From a virus (Duplodnaviria; Heunggongvirae; Uroviricota; Caudoviricetes), in IMG/VR virus record IMGVR_UViG_3300032007_000006, positions 32,001-96,000 of that record: 64,000 nt of DNA; one strand, written 5' to 3'. The position numbers were made by a program, and so were the translations under genes. Every line of letters begins with the position of its first letter. Position 1 is the first letter of the stretch. A model generated the notes under the pieces. That model saw nothing but the letters and a program-made list of their open reading frames with translations, was not told the DNA's origin and searched no databases. Positions 9,236 to 16,936 of this stretch are shown piece by piece.

Positions 9236-10864
9236 ATGCTTGATCCCAGATTTTTTCTGGCCACTGTTGTCAGCAATGAAGATCCAGCACTGCGTGGAAG
9301 AGTTCGCATTCGTATTATGGGCGTTCATACGGAAATTACGCAGCCAGCGGATGACATGGTCATTGGAATAGCGGAAAAGGATCTGCCATTTGCACAGTGC
9401 ATGTATCCAGTTACATACACTGGAACTGGAGGAACATGTCCTCCTCCAAGTCTGCAGCCAGGAGACTGGGTTCTTGGCATTTCGCTTGATGGTCCAACAT
9501 ATCAAAATCTCATGGTTCTTGGACTTGCAAAGGCCAAGTTCAATGCAGAAGCTCTTGCTGATGGCTCTCTCAATGCAAATGATGCCTTTAGTTCAGTCAA
9601 GGCGCCTATTCTGGAAAGCGAAGCCGCTAGAACAGCAGATGCAAAGGCGGAAGCGCAGGAAAAGTATGCCGCAAAAACGGCAGAATCAAATTTGCAAAAA
9701 TACAATGCTGAACGTGGTCCAGAATATGAAACTGCAGCCAAGATAGCCGATGACTGGAAGAATAATTCTGGATTGACTAGTGGTGCAAGCACTTCAACCA
9801 ATATTGTTGGATATGGGGCGGGAAGTTCTGGTTCTTCTGGAATGGTGTCCACGGGAAATGCAGTGTTCAACATTCTTTCCTCTCTCAGCGACAGTGGTTC
9901 TCCATTCCTTGATACGTTCAGAGATGAATCTGGTCTGCGGCTGAACACGAATGCATCATCGGATACAGTTAAGGATATCATTGAAGAAGGATACTACAGC
10001 TACTGCTACAAGTATTTCAATGACAACTACACAAACAAGTCTCCAGCCCTTCCGACATATGCATTCAATCTTGGATGTGGTCTGGTTGACGAACTGCTTG
10101 AAGCCTATGGAGATCCAAGAAATTCAAGCATATCCTATGCTCAATTCTACAACAACATGAAAAATGACGGCAAAGTCGAAGAGGCCGCGTATTTCAATGA
10201 AGTTGTTTCCGTTCTAAAAAAGGATGGAAAGACAAGCATAAACTTGTCAGACAAGAATTTAAGCAAATTCAAGAATCATCAGTATCGTCTTTCAAGCCAA
10301 ATTCCAAACGCAAGCTTCAGACTTCTTGGAACTGTTGTATTCCCAACTCTAAGAAGCACCTTGACTCAAAATCAGCAGATGCTTCCGTACTATTCCATTG
10401 AAGGAGACAAGCCACATGAACATATTGGAATTGATCTGGCTTCAATAGAAATTCCAGTTCTGGCCATGGCCGACGGCACGGTGCAGTCGGTTATGACAAC
10501 AAATCCAAAGGACTGCAATTCCGTTGTAATTCTTCATAAAGGCGGCATAAAGACCTTGTACATGCATATGAACAATGTGACTCTCAAAAAGGGAGACATT
10601 GTAAAGGCTGGTCAGCAGATTGGAATTGCTGGTGGTGCTGGATCAAAAGGCAAGGATACTCATAGCGTTCATCTGCATTTTGCAATCAAGAAGGAAACAA
10701 AAATTATTGATCCGTATTCCTTTTTGACAAAGGATCTTGGATTTGCCATCAATGCGTATTCGTCTGCCGACTATTATAGAAGAGGACCATTGAAGAAGAC
10801 AGATACAATGTACAATGACCTGCAGAAAAATCGAAATTCAGACAACATAGCATGGAGTTTCTAG
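9236..10864 (+). CDS. gp5: gp5 N-terminal part: OB-fold, degenerate transglycosylase-like region and M23 peptidase
   Basis: FFLATVVSNEDPALRGRVRIRIMGVH..LPFA..GDWVLG (gp5 OB); HIGIDLA..VLAMADG..TLYMHM..HLHF (M23). Confidence 0.85.
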   Translation: MLDPRFFLATVVSNEDPALRGRVRIRIMGVHTEITQPADDMVIGIAEKDLPFAQCMYPVTYTGTGGTCPPPSLQPGDWVLGISLDGPTYQNLMVLGLAKAKFNAEALADGSLNANDAFSSVKAPILESEAARTADAKAEAQEKYAAKTAESNLQKYNAERGPEYETAAKIADDWKNNSGLTSGASTSTNIVGYGAGSSGSSGMVSTGNAVFNILSSLSDSGSPFLDTFRDESGLRLNTNASSDTVKDIIEEGYYSYCYKYFNDNYTNKSPALPTYAFNLGCGLVDELLEAYGDPRNSSISYAQFYNNMKNDGKVEEAAYFNEVVSVLKKDGKTSINLSDKNLSKFKNHQYRLSSQIPNASFRLLGTVVFPTLRSTLTQNQQMLPYYSIEGDKPHEHIGIDLASIEIPVLAMADGTVQSVMTTNPKDCNSVVILHKGGIKTLYMHMNNVTLKKGDIVKAGQQIGIAGGAGSKGKDTHSVHLHFAIKKETKIIDPYSFLTKDLGFAINAYSSADYYRRGPLKKTDTMYNDLQKNRNSDNIAWSF

Positions 10865-10868
10865 CATT

Positions 10869-12632
10869 ATGGAAATGAGCACTGAAAAAAAGGCCAGTCC
10901 ATTCACGGCAAAAAACAGGGAATGTCCTGTACCAACTTTAGAAACGCAGGTCATTGGTTCTTCTGGCGATCCGGAGGTTGGAAGTGGTTCTGAAACGGCA
11001 GAAATGATTGAACTTAGACTCAATGCCGAATCATTGATAAACCACTGGGGACAGGACATTCCAGCAACTCCAGAAGACGTAACTCCATACACCATAAACA
11101 GATATTTCGGAAAAGGTCTAGATGGCACTGGATGGAAGGGTGAATTTCCCGTCTGTCAAGAAATTGCAGTAAAGAAAGGAAGTTCAATACTAACGCAGTT
11201 TGCCTACTACTATAGTCTTGTGGACTACATTACAACCACTCTTGGCTTTGGAAGCGTTGGTGGAATAATAAGCGATTTGGTAGATTCCATTGTTCCAGCG
11301 GAAGTCATGAAAATGTATTCCCACTATCAAACGCTGGCCCAGGACTGGCAGAACATCAATCTCTGCATAAGCAACTGGAAGGATTTTAGATTCTGCACTG
11401 AAAATCCAATGGCAGTTCTCAATTCCGTTGATGCCGCACTTCAAAACCTTGAACAGTCTATTCTTGTCATTGATGGTGCCATAGACCATATCATGGACGT
11501 ATATGACACTGTGTCTGGATGGTTTGACAAAGGTGGAGCTGCAGACAAGCTGGAGGACTTTACAGAGACGTTAAGCGAAAAGTTTGCAAACTTTGCAGAG
11601 AATATCGCTGACAAGCTGGCCAATCTTCCACAGTCGGTAATGAATGCTTTTCTAAACTGCCAGTTCATTCAAAACCTTTTCTCTCTGCCAAGAAGAATTT
11701 TAACGCACTGCGCCTCGGCCGCCGCAATTGTCATGTCAATCAGGGCACCAATGTGCTTGATGGATTTTGTGAGGATAATTCAGAAATTAAGGGCGGCCGT
11801 TGCGGAAATGAAAAACTGCGCCGCAACTATTCAGAATACTGCGGCCCAAATCCAGAATATAAAGAACATGATCACGCAGGGCAACTGGATTGGAGTTCTT
11901 GGACAGTTAAACTCTGGAAAGGGACCAGCGAAGCAGGGCGTCAATATCATCGAACATCCATCTTCATTTGGAGCAAAATATCCCCACAATTCGGCCTTTA
12001 CAACGCATGGTGGACACATTCTTGAACTGGACAACACCAAGGGACGTGAAAGAATTCATATTCAGCACAAGAAGGGAACTTCTGTTGAACTGTCGCCTGA
12101 AGGCGATATGCATTCCAAAGTAAAGAAGGACTTCCAGTTGATGGTTGAAGGAAACATAGAAATCAACTCCAACAAGAAAGTTACAATCACTGGAAAGGAT
12201 GGCGTAAAAATAGACTATGGTGGAACTACGTTCCAGATGGACAAGAGTTCCATGGGAATGGGTGGAGACTTTGGAAGCATGAACTGCAATCAGCTGGCCG
12301 TCACTTCGGAATCGGCAAGCATTGCTTCTGCAACAACTCTTACAATGGGTTCGGCGCTGGAAACTAACGTATGCGCCACAAAGTCTCTGTATCTTAGTTC
12401 AATGAAGGAAATTGTAATGATGGCTCCATTGATAACAATAGTTGCTACTGGACCGATGATATCAATGGTTACAATGTCTGGAATGATTGTTGGCGCTGGC
12501 ACTGCTGGCGTTGGATTCATTTCAACGGCCAACACGGCGATAGTTGCGGCAAAAGTTGGAATGTATGGTGCAAATGCATCAAACATCATTGCTGCTGGAG
12601 TGAACATCATTGGTGGACCTAGTGGAGTGTAG
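10869..12632 (+). CDS. gp5: gp5 C-terminal part: helical region plus spike beta-helix
   Basis: KYPHNSAFTTHGGHILELDNTKGRERIHIQHKKGT is the conserved gp5 motif that precedes the beta-helix; followed by beta-strand repeats. Confidence 0.8.
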   Translation: MEMSTEKKASPFTAKNRECPVPTLETQVIGSSGDPEVGSGSETAEMIELRLNAESLINHWGQDIPATPEDVTPYTINRYFGKGLDGTGWKGEFPVCQEIAVKKGSSILTQFAYYYSLVDYITTTLGFGSVGGIISDLVDSIVPAEVMKMYSHYQTLAQDWQNINLCISNWKDFRFCTENPMAVLNSVDAALQNLEQSILVIDGAIDHIMDVYDTVSGWFDKGGAADKLEDFTETLSEKFANFAENIADKLANLPQSVMNAFLNCQFIQNLFSLPRRILTHCASAAAIVMSIRAPMCLMDFVRIIQKLRAAVAEMKNCAATIQNTAAQIQNIKNMITQGNWIGVLGQLNSGKGPAKQGVNIIEHPSSFGAKYPHNSAFTTHGGHILELDNTKGRERIHIQHKKGTSVELSPEGDMHSKVKKDFQLMVEGNIEINSNKKVTITGKDGVKIDYGGTTFQMDKSSMGMGGDFGSMNCNQLAVTSESASIASATTLTMGSALETNVCATKSLYLSSMKEIVMMAPLITIVATGPMISMVTMSGMIVGAGTAGVGFISTANTAIVAAKVGMYGANASNIIAAGVNIIGGPSGV

Positions 12633-12634
12633 TA

Positions 12635-13147
12635 ATGGCTATTGATCAAAAGAAGCTTATGGGTGCATTTGGACTGGAACCTGTGCAAAATACAGTTCCT
12701 CCATCCAATTCATTTGCGGCAGAAGAAGATGAAGATGATGATCCGTTTCTTCCTGGACTTCCAGAACTGGATGGCACTTCAACTCGTCTTCCTCCCATAG
12801 TTCAGAATACTGAAGCCCCACCTCCATCTCCGCAGGACTTCAATACCGATGTAGACTACATCAGAAGAACGCAGGCCTCTCTCATAGGGGAGTCACAGCG
12901 TCTGGTGCAGATTGCAATGGAGAATGCGGAGTCTGGCTCTTCAAAGGACATCTTTGCCGCGGCAGACACCATCAGGGCGGCTTCCGAGACTACAGAACGC
13001 CTGTTGACTGTACATGAAAAAATACAGGCCATGCAGGAGAAGGAAGGCCTTGGAAATGGCAATACATTTGTGCAGAATCAAGTTGTGTTTCAGGGAACAA
13101 CTGAAGATGCAATGAAGATGATTAGGAACAAAATGAACAATGGATAG
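12635..13147 (+). CDS. gp16: Terminase small subunit (gp16-like)
   Basis: DVDYIR..LI..helical core, LLTVHEKI, C-terminal NTFVQNQVVFQGTTEDAMKM. Confidence 0.75.
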   Translation: MAIDQKKLMGAFGLEPVQNTVPPSNSFAAEEDEDDDPFLPGLPELDGTSTRLPPIVQNTEAPPPSPQDFNTDVDYIRRTQASLIGESQRLVQIAMENAESGSSKDIFAAADTIRAASETTERLLTVHEKIQAMQEKEGLGNGNTFVQNQVVFQGTTEDAMKMIRNKMNNG

Positions 13148-13298
13148 AACAGTTGAATGCGAAATATGCGGAAAGTCTATTCCTTGGAAGGACTTTCAGC
13201 GGCATCTTGTTAAAGAACACCACCTGCTGTTTGTACAGTACATTGGACTTGTGGCAAAGTCCTTCAATATGCTGAAATGGCTGGATGAAAGTAAATAG
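13140..13298 (+). CDS. Small C2H2-type zinc-finger protein (52 aa)
   Basis: Manual translation MDRTVECEICGKSIPWKDFQRHLVKEHHLLFVQYIGLVAKSFNMLKWLDESK*; overlaps the gp16 stop. Confidence 0.65.
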   Translation: MDRTVECEICGKSIPWKDFQRHLVKEHHLLFVQYIGLVAKSFNMLKWLDESK

Positions 13299-13328
13299 TT
13301 AAACAACTGTTGGATTTGGAGAATAATT

Positions 13329-13916
13329 GTGAAAACAATATCTGAATATTCAAAAAACAAGACGGGACTTAATATACAAAGCCTCAAGGCTCTTGATGCC
13401 GTTTCCGAATGGATGGAATATAGTGGCTGGAAGGCTGAAGATGATGCAATTGTCCTTGAAAATGTGAAGGTAAAGAAAGACATTCCTCTTTCTGCCAAAA
13501 GAACTATCAAGGAAGGAACGGAATTTGACCGTGTTGGTCTTACAGCATCAAAACAGATTCTTCTTTACAGAAAGAATGAAGATGCTCCATATCGTCGCAT
13601 CATGAAGCATCCTCTTAATGAATCCGTATTTCCTGTCATTTATGGCTCTGGAGCAGGCTATCCAGAAGGTTCCGTCATCTGGAATGATGGAAGAGTGGAT
13701 GGTCCATTTCTTCCAGCAGGTGACATCAATGGAATTATGCAGGATGCATTGATTGCAATCTCAAATCTCCGTCAGCGTCTCGGAAATCTTTCTGTTGATC
13801 AAGCTGCAGTTATTGCCAAAGGACTTGGATCTTCATTTGAAGAAGTTGTTCTTAGAGAAGTTCTTAGGGCAATGTTCAAGGAGCAGGCTTCTCCATTTTA
13901 TTTTGGCTTGAGGTAG
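13329..13916 (+). CDS. Putative internal head protein
   Basis: N-terminus MKTISEY resembles the T4 capsid-targeting sequence; late promoter at 13292. Confidence 0.6.
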   Translation: MKTISEYSKNKTGLNIQSLKALDAVSEWMEYSGWKAEDDAIVLENVKVKKDIPLSAKRTIKEGTEFDRVGLTASKQILLYRKNEDAPYRRIMKHPLNESVFPVIYGSGAGYPEGSVIWNDGRVDGPFLPAGDINGIMQDALIAISNLRQRLGNLSVDQAAVIAKGLGSSFEEVVLREVLRAMFKEQASPFYFGLR

Positions 13917-13918
13917 AA

Positions 13919-14350
13919 ATGAAAAGCATCACCGAATGGATTGAAAATGGAAAGTCTTTGAAGGAAGACATTGATCTTCCCATTGACAGCAGCTACGTTG
14001 TCGCAGTCAATCGGATCAACATAGACAATTCCGATGAAATTATTCATGGAGTAACCTGCATTTCAGACTACAAGGAACAAGTTCCAAAGCGTCTGCATTA
14101 TGCTCTTCTTGAATGGAACAAGCTTCTTTCTGCAGCGAAGGAAAAAGGTCTTGATCTCAAGGAATTAAGAACTTCAACCTTGGGTGTCATTTCATCTGCA
14201 TGGTATGTTCTCTTTGAATCCTATAGGGCCTGGGGTGCAGAATATGCGGCCAAGAAGGGAAAATCTTTTCTTTCTGAATTAAATCGAGAAATTGACATGC
14301 TTTCTAGGGCCTGGATGAATGTCAAGGCTGGAAAGCCAGTAAAGCCATAG
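13919..14350 (+). CDS. Putative internal head protein
   Basis: N-terminus MKSITEWIE...LKE. Confidence 0.62.
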   Translation: MKSITEWIENGKSLKEDIDLPIDSSYVVAVNRINIDNSDEIIHGVTCISDYKEQVPKRLHYALLEWNKLLSAAKEKGLDLKELRTSTLGVISSAWYVLFESYRAWGAEYAAKKGKSFLSELNREIDMLSRAWMNVKAGKPVKP

Positions 14351-14371
14351 TAAATCTATAGGAAAATTTGT

Positions 14372-14737
14372 ATGGAAACTTTGCAGAAATGGCTTTTTGA
14401 AGCAAAGGGAATGCCTGAAGAAGTTCGTGCAAATGCCATGAAAATTTCCCAGATGCTTTTCAAAATCGAAGGAAAGCCATTGGGAGTTGATGGAATTGCC
14501 AGACTGAAGGCTTTCATTGAAGATGCCAGACAGGCCTATGAATCTATTGTTGCGTCCAAGCATTCGTTTGGAAGCCTCTCTTCCAAGGAGCTTGCCGACA
14601 TTAGCTGGGAGCCATTTGCAGAGGCAGTATGGACGGCCTTTATTTCGGATATTAGTTCTCCATCAAAGGCGGAAAAGAACATGCAGAAATTCAATTCCGT
14701 TTCAAAATGGCTTCTGCCTTTGCTGGTGACAAAATAA
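14372..14737 (+). CDS. Putative internal head protein
   Basis: N-terminus METLQKWLFE. Confidence 0.6.
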   Translation: METLQKWLFEAKGMPEEVRANAMKISQMLFKIEGKPLGVDGIARLKAFIEDARQAYESIVASKHSFGSLSSKELADISWEPFAEAVWTAFISDISSPSKAEKNMQKFNSVSKWLLPLLVTK

Positions 14738-14749
14738 AAGGAAAATAAA

Positions 14750-15139
14750 ATGAAAACAATCACCGAATATCTCAATAAAAATAATAGTCTTCATGAAGAC
14801 ATGGATCTTGTTCCATGGGCCGATGGCTACAAGGATGCAATGAATCCTGCCACCTATGCCGCACTCAAGGAAGCCGTACTCAAGATTGTGGCCGATGAAG
14901 TCTTCAATGAGAAGGACATTATGAGACGTGTGCAGACTTGGCTGAAAAAGCAGGGATATCAAAATCCTTCTGGAAACTGCTCTTCAACCGAACGTGCAAT
15001 GAATGTTGTGCTTCCCTATGTGGCCGCATTTGTAAACTCCCTTCGTGAATTGAAAAATTCCGATGCCATGAAGATGGACAAGGCAATTCGTATTGTGACT
15101 TCCAAAATTTGCAAGTCATGCAATGGAGTAAAGATGTAA
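14750..15139 (+). CDS. Putative internal head protein
   Basis: N-terminus MKTITEYLN...LHE. Confidence 0.62.
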   Translation: MKTITEYLNKNNSLHEDMDLVPWADGYKDAMNPATYAALKEAVLKIVADEVFNEKDIMRRVQTWLKKQGYQNPSGNCSSTERAMNVVLPYVAAFVNSLRELKNSDAMKMDKAIRIVTSKICKSCNGVKM

Positions 15140-15693
15140 TGAATACTTTCAATGACTATGTGAAGCTGTATGAAAAATTCAATGATCCTGATCCAGGATT
15201 TGATGACAATGTAGACGAAAAGGCCGAGATAGAGCAGGCCAACGCTTTTGCAAAAACTTTCAAGGTTCATTTGAAGGCCTTCAAGGCCAAGAAGAAATTC
15301 AAGTCCATTGAGGAGCTGGCCACTTATGTTGACAAGGCCTTGATGCTTTTTGACATGGATTGGAATGAATTTGCCAAAAATAATGATCGTCTTTATGGTC
15401 TGCGCCTTTATTTCACTTTCAAGAAGATTGAAAAGGCCTGCATTAAAGCCTGCATGAATGCCGCTGAAGTCATTAGAACTGCTGGAAACTTTGTTTTTAT
15501 GGCTTCAAATGCTGAAATTGGCTGGGAACGACACAACGCTACGCTTCCAAACGAAATGGTGAAATACTACAGAAAGCTTCCTACGGCAAAGAAGTCAAAA
15601 GTCTTTCTTGATATGCTTGAAAAGATGAACAAGCTGTATGATGCCATTCCATATGATGCTAATTTGTCAAGAGTTAGAAAGCCATTGCTGTAG
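15139..15693 (+). CDS. Putative internal head protein
   Basis: Likely start MNTFNDYVKLYE at 15139 (TAATG overlap with the upstream stop). Confidence 0.6.
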   Translation: MNTFNDYVKLYEKFNDPDPGFDDNVDEKAEIEQANAFAKTFKVHLKAFKAKKKFKSIEELATYVDKALMLFDMDWNEFAKNNDRLYGLRLYFTFKKIEKACIKACMNAAEVIRTAGNFVFMASNAEIGWERHNATLPNEMVKYYRKLPTAKKSKVFLDMLEKMNKLYDAIPYDANLSRVRKPLL

Positions 15694-15724
15694 CGACAGA
15701 AAAAAAAAAAAAACAAAACGCAAT

Positions 15725-15751
15725 AAAAAGGCTCCAGAAGGAGCCTTTTTT
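15725..15751 (+). terminator. Rho-independent terminator, possibly bidirectional
   Basis: aaaaaggctcc-agaa-ggagcctttttt. Confidence 0.75.
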
Positions 15752-15753
15752 GA

Positions 15754-16056
15754 ATGGAGAAGAAAATGAACAGATATTTGACTGAAAAAACATGGAATCC
15801 AAGAACGCTTCAATATGAAATCGGAGAGAAGTGGAAAGTAAAGATATGGTCATGCAATGCCAGAATGCGTCTTTCAAAGGAGCCATGCCGAATAGAGGAA
15901 GTTGATCTTGATGAAGCGTATGGAATGGCCATACAGATTGCTGGCGGGGGAAGACAGTCAAAGCGGACCATACCAGCAAGCAAAATGGAAATGATAGAAA
16001 CCACGCCAGTGGAAATGGCCGAAATGCTCGTAGAGGACGCCATTTCAAGAGGATAG
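15754..16056 (+). CDS. Hypothetical protein
   Basis: 100-aa ORF; alternative start at MNRYL after GGAG. Confidence 0.55.
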   Translation: MEKKMNRYLTEKTWNPRTLQYEIGEKWKVKIWSCNARMRLSKEPCRIEEVDLDEAYGMAIQIAGGGRQSKRTIPASKMEMIETTPVEMAEMLVEDAISRG

Positions 16057-16123
16057 AATTAAATAAAGTAATGTAAAAGACACATCCTCTTATTTGTCTA
16101 GACACTATTAGGAGAATACAACT

Positions 16124-16741
16124 ATGGCACAAGGCGATCGTTACGTTGGAGCCATTGAGAGCTTCAAAGGCCAGATAAAGTCAATTCAAAGAGCATCGCT
16201 CTTTGACGTTGAAATTCCAAATTTCAAGTATGCTGTCGGCTATACTGGTGGCAATACAAACTACATTCTTTCCTTTAGCGTGAAAACTGCAACTTTTCCA
16301 AACACGAATGTAGGCGATATTGACGTAAAATACATGGGTCGTTCCATTCATTGGTATGGCGACAGAACATTCAACAGTGCATGGGCTACTACCTGCATTC
16401 TTGATGGTCAATGGCAGGTGTTCAACGCAATTTATGCCTGGCATCAGGGCATTGGTGGTTCAGAACGCATTGTTTCTGAAGACTTGAACTCCCATGACAA
16501 CTTCAAGCAGAATGCCTATGTAACTGCATACACTACAGATGGTCAAATTGCACATCGTGTCATGCTTGTTGGTCTTTGGCCACAAGACATTGGTGAAATG
16601 GGAGTAGACTGGGGATCAGCTGATACTCCTCTTGATTTGGCTGTTACCTGGGTATATGACTATGTTCTCACTGTTGATACAAATACGCCAGACGCCGCGG
16701 CAGGAAATCAACAGCAAAGCATTTCCGATCTCGAATCATAG
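16124..16741 (+). CDS. gp19: Tail tube protein (gp19-like)
   Basis: RASLFDVEI, VKTATFP..VGDIDVKYMGR..YGDRTF..W, GLWP..IG..DW and VTWVYDY motifs; AGGAG RBS. Confidence 0.9.
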   Translation: MAQGDRYVGAIESFKGQIKSIQRASLFDVEIPNFKYAVGYTGGNTNYILSFSVKTATFPNTNVGDIDVKYMGRSIHWYGDRTFNSAWATTCILDGQWQVFNAIYAWHQGIGGSERIVSEDLNSHDNFKQNAYVTAYTTDGQIAHRVMLVGLWPQDIGEMGVDWGSADTPLDLAVTWVYDYVLTVDTNTPDAAAGNQQQSISDLES

Positions 16742-16769
16742 AATTGCGTTTCAATGTTTTAACATGTTA

Positions 16770-16806
16770 AGGGAGCCTAAAGGCTCCCTATTTTTTTTTT
16801 TTTTTT
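16770..16806 (+). terminator. Rho-independent terminator of gp19
   Basis: agggagcc-taaa-ggctccct followed by a 16-T run. Confidence 0.8.
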
Positions 16807-16882
16807 GGTTCATTCCATTTTTAGATTTCTACAGCCAAAGCAATTGATGCCATTCATATTCTAAAATTTGCATGATGTCAAC

Positions 16883-16911
16883 AAAAAAGGAGGACCATCA
16901 TGGTCCTCCTT
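16883..16911 (-). terminator. Rho-independent terminator of gp18
   Basis: ggaggacca-tca-tggtcctcc hairpin with T-run on the minus strand. Confidence 0.8.
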
Positions 16912-16936
16912 GAATGATTTGTATTAGTCTGGATTT

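Noticed and set aside
15700-16806. Poly-A run (about 15700) and 16-T run (16791-16806) as phase-variation tracts
   Set aside because: Both are intergenic and next to terminators; could also be homopolymer sequencing noise
16852-16881. TTGACA-17-TATGAA on the minus strand pointing antisense to gp19
   Set aside because: Weak -10 box and only a 15-codon ORF follows; insufficient support
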